From a virus, in the IMG/VR virus record IMGVR_UViG_3300042444_000045, positions 32,001 through 96,000 of that record: a stretch of 64,000 nt of DNA; one strand, given 5' to 3'. Position numbers and translations under genes: made by a program. The notes beneath the pieces are model-generated. The model saw only the letters and a list, made by a program, of their open reading frames with translations. It had not been told where the DNA came from and searched no databases. Shown here in pieces: positions 19,920 to 29,401 of this stretch (positions within the stretch are counted from its first letter, which is position 1; each line of letters begins with the position of its first letter).

Positions 19920-20998
19920 TACATGTATCTTCTATTGGTAGCATTACCACCATTGTAACCATTATTTCTATAGTATCTATTATCTGGAGAATAACTCTCA
20001 AACATATAATAATATTTACCGTACATGGCTTTTCTATTAGCCCACCACATATCAGCCATCTCTCTAAAGTTTGGAGTATTGACAAGACTTAGTGCAGCAT
20101 TTCTAGCAACTCTTAGTCTCTGTTCAATGAGTTGCATTCTTTGTGCTACATCTTCTCCATTTAGATAAAGGTTTTCCATGATTCTTGCTTTTAATGCATA
20201 CTCATAGTATTCATTAATTAGATCATGATCTGGTACTAATAGGTTACCATCTTCATCTTCCATTTGACCTTGATAATTAAGATATACTTTACCAGTATCA
20301 AATGTTGTAAACAGGAACCCACCTTTGATCCAACCTTCATTTGGAGTATTCCAGTATAGATTAGGACAGTCACATTCTATGTTCTGACTAGTCTTCATTC
20401 TTAGTGGAAACAATTGTGTATAGACTCTTGTAGATCCAGGGTTACTAATTACTTGAACAAGTTCATATTTATCACCCTTACAGTTCATAAAGACCCTTGG
20501 TCTTGTACAAACATCACCATAAGGTGCAAGTGGGTTGTATGCATCAGGAATTACAGATGGAGTGCATGTAGTAGGACATGTATTACCTGGACATGCTGCA
20601 GTATGATTACATGGATTTGCATTACATACAGAACAGTTAACTGTAGCTGGTGCACATACATCTACATTAGCTGGAGTTTCAACATATGGTACTTCTTGAA
20701 TATTAGTACCACCAACCCATCCGTCATAGCCTACATGCTCAGTAAACTGACCACATATAAATGCAAAGTTAAATGTATAGAAATCATCTGGTAGTTTTAC
20801 CTTACCATGACACACATCAAGAATTACTTCTTTTTGCTGATTGATTCTCAAACCAAGATCATAGTTTAATTTCTTCACCAGTTTAATTAACTGCTGTGGC
20901 TCTATCATATTTTCTAGAGCAAATGTATTTAAATCAACTGTGACATCTTCTAACAGTTGATTAAATGTTCTGTACCTGAGTGTGTAATTAAAGTCCAT
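19919..20998 (-). CDS. Tail ring/tubular protein with a Cys-rich insertion
   Basis: GKVKLPDDF and GKVYLNY...DEDGNLLVPD..EYYEYALK motifs typical of tail tubular/ring proteins; synteny. Confidence 0.65.
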   Translation of the reverse strand: MDFNYTLRYRTFNQLLEDVTVDLNTFALENMIEPQQLIKLVKKLNYDLGLRINQQKEVILDVCHGKVKLPDDFYTFNFAFICGQFTEHVGYDGWVGGTNIQEVPYVETPANVDVCAPATVNCSVCNANPCNHTAACPGNTCPTTCTPSVIPDAYNPLAPYGDVCTRPRVFMNCKGDKYELVQVISNPGSTRVYTQLFPLRMKTSQNIECDCPNLYWNTPNEGWIKGGFLFTTFDTGKVYLNYQGQMEDEDGNLLVPDHDLINEYYEYALKARIMENLYLNGEDVAQRMQLIEQRLRVARNAALSLVNTPNFREMADMWWANRKAMYGKYYYMFESYSPDNRYYRNNGYNGGNATNRRYM

Positions 20999-21660
20999 TA
21001 TCTAAGAGAGTTTTGGCTATCATCTATGTTATCTGAAAAAGCCTGTAATGATATGGTTAGTTCTTTAACAGTATACTGTTCAATTTCAGAGAACAGATAT
21101 TCTGGAAAGGGTAGGGGTTGATTTTGTCTTATTAAACAATCATCTGTTGTACATGTGTCTGCCTGACCTTCAAAGATTGCTTCTATTCTAACAGCATCCC
21201 AATCTACATTTGGAAAATATACATAACCGTTTAAGTACCAGAAGTAAATACTTCTATTATACTTAAAGGTTGTAGTTTTAGTCATAGAGACCCATGTACC
21301 AGGATCTGTACGAAACAACTCTATTGTACCATCTATTGAAGATACTGTACGTATAATAGGACCAAATACACCACTTAGAATAGTTGGTAGTTTTTCTTTT
21401 GATCTCTTGAAGTAACAACCTGAGTATACACCAATACAACCAGCTTCTACCTTATCTACATCAATAAGTTCAACATAGGGTAGTACTTGAAAGATAGAAC
21501 TAATCTTCATTAGTCTAAACTGATTGTCTTCTCTCTTGAGCAATGTTTGCCCATACTTAATTAGTAGAAAGTATATGTTCCTATCAGTTAAGAAAGCATC
21601 TTCCTTTACTGCTTTGAGTGTATTTCTAACTCTTGAGATTGCTTCTCCAATTGTGGTCAT
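20998..21660 (-). CDS. Tail ring protein
   Basis: 220 aa; YFWYLNGYVY, VRIEAIFE and LPFPEYL motifs; lies between the IHF-like gene and the tubular protein gene. Confidence 0.55.
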   Translation of the reverse strand: MTTIGEAISRVRNTLKAVKEDAFLTDRNIYFLLIKYGQTLLKREDNQFRLMKISSIFQVLPYVELIDVDKVEAGCIGVYSGCYFKRSKEKLPTILSGVFGPIIRTVSSIDGTIELFRTDPGTWVSMTKTTTFKYNRSIYFWYLNGYVYFPNVDWDAVRIEAIFEGQADTCTTDDCLIRQNQPLPFPEYLFSEIEQYTVKELTISLQAFSDNIDDSQNSLR

Positions 21661-22238
21661 AGATCAAATTCATTATAGTCTTTTAAACCATCTTGTTGTT
21701 GCTTTAAAAGAACATTTTTATAATACTGTTTTCTAGTTTCTAGTCTTAGTTTTTTTGTAGGGTCAACTACAATATAAGTATTCCAGTTCTCAGGATAGGC
21801 TTTAGCAACAGATCTCTTGAAGTCTCTATTAGCAACAAACTTCCATAACTCTCTATTCTTCATCTTGTGTTTTATTGCAAAACTGGTAAAGAATATTTTA
21901 GCTAGTTTACCATCTGTTTCCCAATTCTTGTTTGTAACTTTTACACCATACTTTTTGGATTTAGCATAATCAATATTTTCTTTCTTACTATTTTCACACG
22001 TACCAATAAAGATCCAACCTACAGAGTTTGGTAATTGCATACCATCTCTTGTATCTATTACTTTTGTCCAAACACTTTTATTAAAAGATCTAATAATCTT
22101 TTTTAGTGTGTCATTATCCACATCTTTGTATCTGGGATACTTTTTTCTAAAACTATCAAAGAACTCTTTGTTCAACATAGTATGGACTTTAGGTCTATAT
22201 CTTGGACCTGTTAAATCCGGGGTTTTAAATTCCTTCAA
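21657..22238 (-). CDS. IHF/HU-like basic DNA-binding protein (crAss tail-module type)
   Basis: Basic 193 aa protein with a TTG start; IIRSFNK..VID...MQLPNSVGWIFI resembles the HU/IHF core; conserved position before the ring genes. Confidence 0.45.
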   Translation of the reverse strand: MKEFKTPDLTGPRYRPKVHTMLNKEFFDSFRKKYPRYKDVDNDTLKKIIRSFNKSVWTKVIDTRDGMQLPNSVGWIFIGTCENSKKENIDYAKSKKYGVKVTNKNWETDGKLAKIFFTSFAIKHKMKNRELWKFVANRDFKRSVAKAYPENWNTYIVVDPTKKLRLETRKQYYKNVLLKQQQDGLKDYNEFDL

Positions 22239-22249
22239 ACTATATAGAT

Positions 22250-22284
22250 TAATATACTAAAAATTATGCACTTTAGCAAATATA
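22250..22284 (-). promoter_or_regulatory. Tandem promoter elements TATATTTG (22277-22284) and GTATATTA (22250-22257)
   Basis: TATATTTG matches the Bacteroidetes -7 consensus TAnnTTTG; GTATATTA is the variant recurring in this window. Both sit just after a terminator and before a gene start. Confidence 0.6.
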
Positions 22285-22286
22285 CT

Positions 22287-22313
22287 AAAAAACAAAACCC
22301 CGCAAGTGCGGGG
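22287..22313 (-). terminator. Rho-independent terminator
   Basis: CCCCGC-ACTT-GCGGGG hairpin followed by TTTTGTTTTTT on the minus strand. Confidence 0.85.
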
Positions 22314-22367
22314 CTTTGCCTTGTTGTCACAGAAACCAACAACTGTAACGTCTTGTAAATTTTTTAA
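22287..22367 (-). ncRNA. Candidate 3'UTR-derived antisense sRNA (seed-loop hairpin plus terminator)
   Basis: Minus-strand RNA GUUACAG-UUGUUGGUUU-CUGUGAC forms a 7-bp stem with one U-G pair. Its loop is complementary to AAACCAACA(A), found at the start regions of five genes. Confidence 0.45.
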
Positions 22368-23231
22368 TTAACCAACTCTTCGGATTGCCCAATCAATATT
22401 ATCACCTGATATACCAGTATAATTTATTCCAGTCATATTCTGATGTCTTAAAACAAGTTGTTCACCTGCAGTTAAAGCTTTACCTTGAATACCACCTGTT
22501 AAATAAAGCCTTGTATAATACAAACCTTTTGTTATTGTAAAAGTATCTGCACAGTAAACTGTAGTTCCTGTACCTGGATTTGTTACTGCAATGCTATAGG
22601 TTCCTCCAGTAGTGGCTGTATTACCCCAACCAAATCCTGTTTGATCAGGACATGTTAAATATACATTGTAGTTAATATCATATTTACCAGTTTCGGGACA
22701 AGTCCAAATTCCAGTGCTAGAGTTGTACTGTGTTGTTGTAGTACCATTTACTATTTGATATTCAACGTCACCTGTAGGAAACAAAATTATTACACCACTA
22801 GAAATGTTACTGTTTGCAAGACTTGCTGTAACAGTATTTAAATTTATTGTAGGTTCAAATGCTACTCTAAATGCTGTGTCAAATAAACCTTGAGCAGCTT
22901 GTAAATTTGAAATGTTAGTATTAATGGTTGAGATGCTACCATTAATAGATGTAATACTTGCGTTAATAGTTGTTAGACTACCATTAATAGTTTGTATACT
23001 ACTGCAGAAATAAGAAATAATATCATCTAGTGCATCAGCAATAACAGTATTACTTGCAACAACTGTAGTACTACCACAAACAATATTTGCACCTGTATAC
23101 ACTGTACATTGAGCATCAGTAACCGTATAACATGGTTCTGGATCAGGACATGCTGCTGGTGTAGGACACGGTGCAGGACTAGTTAAAAAACTATCCTCAC
23201 AACCACAATTTGAACATCTATTTATTGACAT
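22368..23231 (-). CDS. Short tail fibre/spike (Cys-rich N-terminal attachment domain, coiled coil, C1q-like C-terminal domain)
   Basis: N-terminal CSNCGC..CPTPAACP..CTVYTGANI is shared with the collagen fibre; heptad stretch; YNSSTGIWTCPETGKYDINYNV resembles C1q/TNF. Confidence 0.65.
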   Translation of the reverse strand: MSINRCSNCGCEDSFLTSPAPCPTPAACPDPEPCYTVTDAQCTVYTGANIVCGSTTVVASNTVIADALDDIISYFCSSIQTINGSLTTINASITSINGSISTINTNISNLQAAQGLFDTAFRVAFEPTINLNTVTASLANSNISSGVIILFPTGDVEYQIVNGTTTTQYNSSTGIWTCPETGKYDINYNVYLTCPDQTGFGWGNTATTGGTYSIAVTNPGTGTTVYCADTFTITKGLYYTRLYLTGGIQGKALTAGEQLVLRHQNMTGINYTGISGDNIDWAIRRVG

Positions 23232-23242
23232 AGCTTATATTA

Positions 23243-24907
23243 TTAAGGGCAAGTTGTTGAAAAACCTGTTTCAGTATTACATGGATCTACATAAGCTACT
23301 AAACCATCAATTACAAAATAAAACCCACCTATCTCATTTTCATCTCCTGCATCACAACTAAATGGCCATGTAAGATTAAATGTATCTGATTTTAAATCAA
23401 AGTTAGCATTGCTTGGAGCATTATGAATATCTGTTCCAGTACCAATATAGTTTGGAAGATATTCTCCTGCTCTTACATTACTTGTAACTAATCTTAATGG
23501 TGAATTACCTTGTACTCCAGCACCTCTTGTAGTTGAGATCTCAATGTCATGAACTAATTGAACTGTTAATCCTTTTGTTGCAGTAATGGAAACTCTAATA
23601 GCAGAGGTTAAACAAGTACCATAAGTTGGATCAACATCAATTGGTCTAAGTGCTACATCCCAAGCTTTAAAATAAGTATTATCTAAATTTCCAGCAGTTA
23701 CTGACGGTGGAATAACAGAACCACCATTATTAAATGAAATTGCACCATTAGCATTAATACTACAACCACCTACACCACTCCATGTTGTGCAACCTGATAT
23801 TGCATTGTATGCAGAAGTTGAACTTAACACAACTACTGAACCTGGAGAAGATGGATTTTCTAATGGAACAAATACTGTTCCTCTCAAGTGAATTTGATTA
23901 CCAATTCTTCTACATTGTGGTTTATCTACTCCTGAGTAATATGTAAAACCCAGAAGATCTACCCAACCAGTATCCGTAATATTTGCTGTAATAACATTAC
24001 CTGTATTATCTAAGTTTACAGTTGCTGTGTCAGCTACTGTAATTGAAAATGTACTTACATAGTTATATACATCACAGATTGCAATCCATAGGTTATTAAT
24101 TGCCTCTGCTGCTGTATTTAAATTAGATGACGTTACCCAGGTACCTGCATATGCAACAGAAAATGCTGTGCCAAATACAAGTGATAAATCTGCATCACTA
24201 ATACACTGTGATAATACTGCTGCCGTTATTGCAGAGGCTTCTCCAGTTGCTGCTTTCAGTGCACAATAACCATAAGTGTTATCATTTATTAAAGCATTAA
24301 GAACTGTATCAATTGGGTAATTACCAGGAGATACTACTGTCCCACTTAATGTACAATCTACTGGAATATTTGGTAATGTAAATGTAGGAGCTGGTGCAGA
24401 CTCTAATGCTGTAACTCTAACATCTAAACTTGTTATGCTAGCTTCAATTGTTGCAATTTCTGTAACTAATGCACATACTCTAGTTCCAATAGCTTGAGCA
24501 TATTCTGAAACTGTCATTACAGTAACCCCATTTATTACAAAACAAGATGCTACTGTAACTAATGCATCAGCTCCTGTAGATTTAGTAGTATTTGTAATTG
24601 GACTTGTAGCTGGATCAGATACAATAGTTACTTCATTTTGCAATGCACAAATCTGTTCAATTAAAAACTGAATAAGTGCTTGAAAATCATTTGGACCACA
24701 AGCAGTTAAGTTGAAACATGAAAGATCATAATTAGTTACATTTAGTGTATCTAATACTGTACATAATTCTGTTGCAAGTTTAAATATAACATCTGAAATT
24801 GTATCCCCTGCACACAGTTTGATACAAGGAATATCTGGTCCTTGCCAAATTACACAATTGCTTGAGATTGGACTACAGGGTGAGTTATCATAATTTAGTG
24901 GCTTCAT
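23243..24907 (-). CDS. Tail fibre protein
   Basis: SSNCVIWQGPDIPC N-terminal motif; coiled coil; C-terminal DTGWVDL..CRRIGNQIHLRG typical of fibre tips. Confidence 0.65.
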   Translation of the reverse strand: MKPLNYDNSPCSPISSNCVIWQGPDIPCIKLCAGDTISDVIFKLATELCTVLDTLNVTNYDLSCFNLTACGPNDFQALIQFLIEQICALQNEVTIVSDPATSPITNTTKSTGADALVTVASCFVINGVTVMTVSEYAQAIGTRVCALVTEIATIEASITSLDVRVTALESAPAPTFTLPNIPVDCTLSGTVVSPGNYPIDTVLNALINDNTYGYCALKAATGEASAITAAVLSQCISDADLSLVFGTAFSVAYAGTWVTSSNLNTAAEAINNLWIAICDVYNYVSTFSITVADTATVNLDNTGNVITANITDTGWVDLLGFTYYSGVDKPQCRRIGNQIHLRGTVFVPLENPSSPGSVVVLSSTSAYNAISGCTTWSGVGGCSINANGAISFNNGGSVIPPSVTAGNLDNTYFKAWDVALRPIDVDPTYGTCLTSAIRVSITATKGLTVQLVHDIEISTTRGAGVQGNSPLRLVTSNVRAGEYLPNYIGTGTDIHNAPSNANFDLKSDTFNLTWPFSCDAGDENEIGGFYFVIDGLVAYVDPCNTETGFSTTCP

Positions 24908-24923
24908 ATTTCTTCTATTACTA

Positions 24924-24931
24924 TAATATAC
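24924..24931 (-). promoter_or_regulatory. Recurrent GTATATTA promoter-like element
   Basis: TTTTT-GTATATTA-TAG, 16 nt upstream of the ATG at 24907; identical core at five other intergenic sites. Confidence 0.6.
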
Positions 24932-24940
24932 AAAAATTAA

Positions 24941-26875
24941 TTAAGAATGGCAAGTACTACAACTACCACCGCAAGATCCATTACAACCACATCCTGTATT
25001 ACAACCACATCCTGTATTGCATCCACATGATGGAGTTGCACATACATAGTCTGGATTAACTAATGCTTTTAAATCTATTAGTTGTTTTTGAATAAGATAT
25101 TGTTGATCATCTTCTGGACAACAATTACTAATTCCATATCTGAGTTCCAGTACTTGTTTATATAATGCTTCTGCTGCTTTACATGAAATCTCTTCATATT
25201 TCCAAGTAGAACAATATGGTGTATTGTATCCTGGTTTTAAAGATCTTCTTGGATATACAGGAGGAGGACAAGTATGCACATCATCAACTAGTGTACAGTT
25301 TCCAAAATATTCTACATAATCTGTAGGATAGGATGTAAGCCAATGAGCCATACATATTCTATCAGATCTTTGACCAGCAAGTAATGTAATTGTTTGTACA
25401 TCACCTTCACAGTCTAAGTAATCATAATTATGAGATACTGTATCATGGTTCTTGATTCTTGAACATACACACGGAAAACTTGTAAGACAGTCTTCACATG
25501 TTTCAAATGAATCTGCTATGCCTCCAAGAATCCCTGCTCCAACACTTGTCGTTGCAACACTAACTCTCCAGCATGTGGTTGGACACCACTCAAGAACAAT
25601 TATCTCTGTTACATATTCTGAAAGATCAGTAGATGTAATTATACTGGTTTCAATACCATTACAATCTGTAAGCTCATAGTAAGTTGTTTTACAAGCTTCA
25701 CAATCATCAAATGCATCTTGCACAACTACTGTGACATCAGATGGAATTGGATTTGGATATTCTTCTATAATCCAGCACCCAGGACAATCTGTTTCAATAT
25801 TAATTACCTGTCCTACATATGCACTAAGATCAGATGATGAATAAATAATTGTACCTAAATCATCACAGTTAGTTAGTAAATAATTTGGTGCAGGATTACA
25901 TTCTTCACATGTATCAAATGCTTGTAGTACAACTACATCAATAGCACAATCACAGTCTACAACACTATTAACTATCCAACAATTATCATAACCATCTATT
26001 TGTACTACTTGACCTAGAATAGCATATTGACCAAGAGACTGTGCTGTTGTATAAATAGGGTCCAATAAATCATCACAATCAGTTAATTCATAACATGGAG
26101 TTGGACATTCACCATCCACACATTCACCACCATCAGTTACAGTATAGGTAGAAGGTACTTGTGGATATACTAAAGAACATCCTTTCCAATAACCACTAAT
26201 TGTAATAGCTACTACTACACCATTACAGTCAATATAGTATAGCTTACCTGAACCTACAATTTCATAACAAGTACACTCACATGAACATGGTTCATCTCCA
26301 TCTACTGTAACTGTTATTGGATTACTAGGATCTAAGTTAGTTTCAACAGACCAATTAACTACATAGTAGCAATCAAATGGTCCATCTGCATCTACTTGAA
26401 TTGTGGCATAATCATTTACATATGCTGATAAATCTGTATCAGTTACTGTAGGTACAAGTGATTCATCACATGGCCAAACAACATATAATGGAGTTGGGCA
26501 TGTAGGACATGTAATTACTTCATCTCCACAAGGAGTTTCATATGTGGTAGTACTATCCCATGTATAAACACCGCTTCCTGGAAAATTAGTAGGAACAACA
26601 TTAAGGCTAAGATAGTTAGCTCCAGTAATTGGACTACTTGGATCTGACGTAGTACCTCTAAAAATTCTATAACATTGATTACTTAATCCTACATAACTAT
26701 CTGTTATAGGATCATAACCAACACCAGAAATTCCATTGTAAATATTTATACCTGGTGTAGGTGGATTAGTCGTACCATTAACACTAAAATATAAAATGTT
26801 TCCACCACAACATGGTTCAAATCCAATCCATGAATTTGATGCGGGTGGTGTAAATGTTGTTTTTGGTACTGACAT
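24941..26875 (-). CDS. Cys-rich repeat virion protein (probably tail hub/fibre associated)
   Basis: 644 aa; 3-4 repeats of about 68 aa (YELTDC..DLS.YV..CW.V..F..CE.C); C-terminal CGCNTG repeats. Confidence 0.55.
   Translation of the reverse strand: MSVPKTTFTPPASNSWIGFEPCCGGNILYFSVNGTTNPPTPGINIYNGISGVGYDPITDSYVGLSNQCYRIFRGTTSDPSSPITGANYLSLNVVPTNFPGSGVYTWDSTTTYETPCGDEVITCPTCPTPLYVVWPCDESLVPTVTDTDLSAYVNDYATIQVDADGPFDCYYVVNWSVETNLDPSNPITVTVDGDEPCSCECTCYEIVGSGKLYYIDCNGVVVAITISGYWKGCSLVYPQVPSTYTVTDGGECVDGECPTPCYELTDCDDLLDPIYTTAQSLGQYAILGQVVQIDGYDNCWIVNSVVDCDCAIDVVVLQAFDTCEECNPAPNYLLTNCDDLGTIIYSSSDLSAYVGQVINIETDCPGCWIIEEYPNPIPSDVTVVVQDAFDDCEACKTTYYELTDCNGIETSIITSTDLSEYVTEIIVLEWCPTTCWRVSVATTSVGAGILGGIADSFETCEDCLTSFPCVCSRIKNHDTVSHNYDYLDCEGDVQTITLLAGQRSDRICMAHWLTSYPTDYVEYFGNCTLVDDVHTCPPPVYPRRSLKPGYNTPYCSTWKYEEISCKAAEALYKQVLELRYGISNCCPEDDQQYLIQKQLIDLKALVNPDYVCATPSCGCNTGCGCNTGCGCNGSCGGSCSTCHS
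24980..25015. repeat. 18-bp tandem repeat (ATTACAACCACATCCTGT x2) encoding TGCGCN units
   Basis: Directly visible; followed by a degenerate third copy. Confidence 0.85.
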
Positions 26876-26882
26876 TATTTAG

Positions 26883-27065
26883 TTATTTATATCTATCTTT
26901 TCCCCAGGTTTGATTTGTCTGAGATACTGTTGCTAATGTTTTTCTCTGTTTTAATCCTGCCTCATAAGTGGTAATACATTTTGAACATACTGATTTACCA
27001 TCGGATGCTGCTCTTTTCTGGCATCCACAGGACATTTTAGTTTTGCAGTTTGAACAAGTTGCCAT
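26883..27065 (-). CDS. Small Cys-rich (Zn-binding?) protein
   Basis: 60 aa; CSNC..SCGC..CSKC; fits the gene spacing. Confidence 0.65.
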   Translation of the reverse strand: MATCSNCKTKMSCGCQKRAASDGKSVCSKCITTYEAGLKQRKTLATVSQTNQTWGKDRYK

Positions 27066-27086
27066 AAGTTGTTGGTTTTTAAGTTT

Positions 27087-27629
27087 TTAACAATTAATAC
27101 AATCCATTTTATTGAGCAGCTTCCAAGCATAATTATAGAGTGACATACCTTTCTGAGGCTCATGACAAAACTCTACTTTAGACTTAGCAGCTTCTAAATA
27201 CATTCGGATTAGACCAAGCTCTTCTAATCTTTGCTTAATCTTAAATGGCGGATCACAATCTGCCACATCTAATCTACAAAGAATATTGTAGTATCTATTT
27301 AATGCTTTTGTAATTCTCATATGATTGTATTCTACATACACTACATCATTGGGAGAAACACTGTATTTAATAATATAAATACCATCTGGAATATCTACAT
27401 ATTCTGTCCCACAGTTTGATGTTTGCAGATTAAGATCACATGCTGTGATGTTTTCAATAAATCCTGCACTTACATCTAACTGTACAGAGTGTTGAAAACC
27501 AGGAACAGTAATGTTTAACTGCTCACAAACTACAGGAATTAGATCTGTGTAAACACTAGTATCCATCACTGTCAGGATACAAGGATTCATTACTGTAGGA
27601 ACTTCTAAACTTAATACGTGATTAGCCAT
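27087..27629 (-). CDS. Putative tail hub/structural protein
   Basis: 180 aa; DIPDGIYIIKYSV motif; follows the auxiliary capsid-like gene, as in crAss-like phages. Confidence 0.5.
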   Translation of the reverse strand: MANHVLSLEVPTVMNPCILTVMDTSVYTDLIPVVCEQLNITVPGFQHSVQLDVSAGFIENITACDLNLQTSNCGTEYVDIPDGIYIIKYSVSPNDVVYVEYNHMRITKALNRYYNILCRLDVADCDPPFKIKQRLEELGLIRMYLEAAKSKVEFCHEPQKGMSLYNYAWKLLNKMDCINC

Positions 27630-27640
27630 AGGTATTTAAT

Positions 27641-27678
27641 AAAAAAGGGGATAGGAGTTTGAAACTCTTCTCCCCTTT
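27641..27678 (-). terminator. Rho-independent terminator
   Basis: GGGGA..GAGTTT/AAACTC..TCCCC hairpin with a T6 tail on the minus strand, after the gene ending at 27703. Confidence 0.8.
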
Positions 27679-27702
27679 AGATTTTTATTTTTTGTTACTT
27701 GC

Positions 27703-29337
27703 TTAGTTGCAAGAAACTACATTATAAGGGTTGTATAATGGAAGATCAGGGAAGTTCACTGGAACATCACATGCAGTCTCACAAGCAAATGCTTCAATGT
27801 TACATTGAGTATCACAACCAGTTAACCAGTTAGTAATATCAGTAACAAATGTTGACATAGCTGCAGTAGAGAAGATAGTCAATGCATACTGATCATTATC
27901 AAACACACCAGTTGGATTATTGAAACGTGGTACATTGTGAATTAGTACGTATCTGTAGTACAAAGCAGAACGGTTAATAGCACTAACAATTTGATTTCCT
28001 TGAGTGATCTCACGGATACGGAAGTCAGTAGCTAAGAAGTTTTGTCTGTAAGATTCAGAAAGAGTAAGTTCTCTAAGAACTGTCTCACCAAGACCTTGTA
28101 CTTGAAGACCAGCACACTCAGTAACAACACAAAGAGTTGTAAATGCACATGGGTCACCGTTAAGATCTACTTCAGAAGCATAAAGTTTAACTGGCTCTTT
28201 TTCATAGAAGTCAGAAACTTGGAACGTACAGTCACCAAATCTTGTATCTACATAAGCACCATTCAAGATTAAACCTGCACACTCACCATCTGTATGTCCT
28301 GCAGATACATAGTTATCCCAAGTATCAGCATCGTTTGCAGTTAAGAAAGAAGCTGCAGTTCCCGGAGCATACCAAAGAGTACCGTCTTCAGCTTGAACAA
28401 CTGGTTGAATAAATGGAGCAATGATTGGGTTATTTACAATTGCATTAGCCCAAGCAATCATTACAGTAGTTGAATCAACTGCAACTGGAGCAATAGCACC
28501 ATCTGGGCAACATCCTGTGTAAGCATCAACAGTAGCATATGCATTGTGATTTAAGAATCTCAAAGCTGGAGAACCTTTTACATCTAAACGTAAGTAGTAA
28601 GTTTCACCACATAGAAACTCTTTGCAACACTCAGCTACAGTACCACAACCTGTTTGTGGATGAGCATCAGTTACAGTAAGAACATCAAATGTTGCATCAT
28701 CATTACCAGCATCAATTGTAAGTGTGTCACCTACTGTATATCCTTTACCAGGATTAACAATAACAATTGAATCAACAGTACCACCACCAGCAACATAAGA
28801 AACAACCATACCTGTACCAGTACCACCAGTTACAGCAGCAATACCTGTTGCAGGATAACCTGTACCAGCTACTAATGTGTCAGTTGTTAATACACCACCA
28901 CCTGCAGTCCAGTAAGTAGAACCTACGTGGATTACATTGTTCTGTGGAGAACATGGAGCAACTGAATAGAAACGTGATACATACTTAGGGTTGATCATTT
29001 TAGACTTGTTAGTCTCTTGGTAACCACCCGCCAATGGACCAATTTTGTCATTGTCATAAATTGCAGATCCTGCAATGTATGCATTACAACAAGTGTCTGG
29101 TGTAATTGTCAAGTTAGTACTTGGACTAAAAATACCAAAGTAACCATTAGCTGTTTCAGAAGCAGCTGATGCTTTCAATTGGTTCAAACCATAAGTAGGT
29201 ACACCGTCAGTAGTAACATAACCTAAGTTAGTACTAGTAGAAACAGTAGTGCCATCTAATTTAGTTACAGCAACACTTGAACGTGTAGCACCTGTACCTA
29301 AAAATGCTTTTTCAAAAGCGTGATTAAAATAAGCCAT
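27703..29337 (-). CDS. Major structural protein (auxiliary capsid protein-like) with a GTGY/GKGY insertion
   Basis: 544 aa; has its own promoter-like element and terminator; CGETYYLRLDVKGS motif; synteny with the crAss head-tail module. Confidence 0.55.
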   Translation of the reverse strand: MAYFNHAFEKAFLGTGATRSSVAVTKLDGTTVSTSTNLGYVTTDGVPTYGLNQLKASAASETANGYFGIFSPSTNLTITPDTCCNAYIAGSAIYDNDKIGPLAGGYQETNKSKMINPKYVSRFYSVAPCSPQNNVIHVGSTYWTAGGGVLTTDTLVAGTGYPATGIAAVTGGTGTGMVVSYVAGGGTVDSIVIVNPGKGYTVGDTLTIDAGNDDATFDVLTVTDAHPQTGCGTVAECCKEFLCGETYYLRLDVKGSPALRFLNHNAYATVDAYTGCCPDGAIAPVAVDSTTVMIAWANAIVNNPIIAPFIQPVVQAEDGTLWYAPGTAASFLTANDADTWDNYVSAGHTDGECAGLILNGAYVDTRFGDCTFQVSDFYEKEPVKLYASEVDLNGDPCAFTTLCVVTECAGLQVQGLGETVLRELTLSESYRQNFLATDFRIREITQGNQIVSAINRSALYYRYVLIHNVPRFNNPTGVFDNDQYALTIFSTAAMSTFVTDITNWLTGCDTQCNIEAFACETACDVPVNFPDLPLYNPYNVVSCN

Positions 29338-29401
29338 TTTTTCTAAGTTTTAATTTATAAATATATACTATAATATAGTGAAAGTTTTTGAACTTTCAAA
29401 A

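Noticed and set aside
22368-26875. Diversity-generating retroelement or invertible fibre-switching system
   Set aside because: No reverse transcriptase or recombinase gene, and no template/variable repeat pair or flanking inverted repeats were seen.
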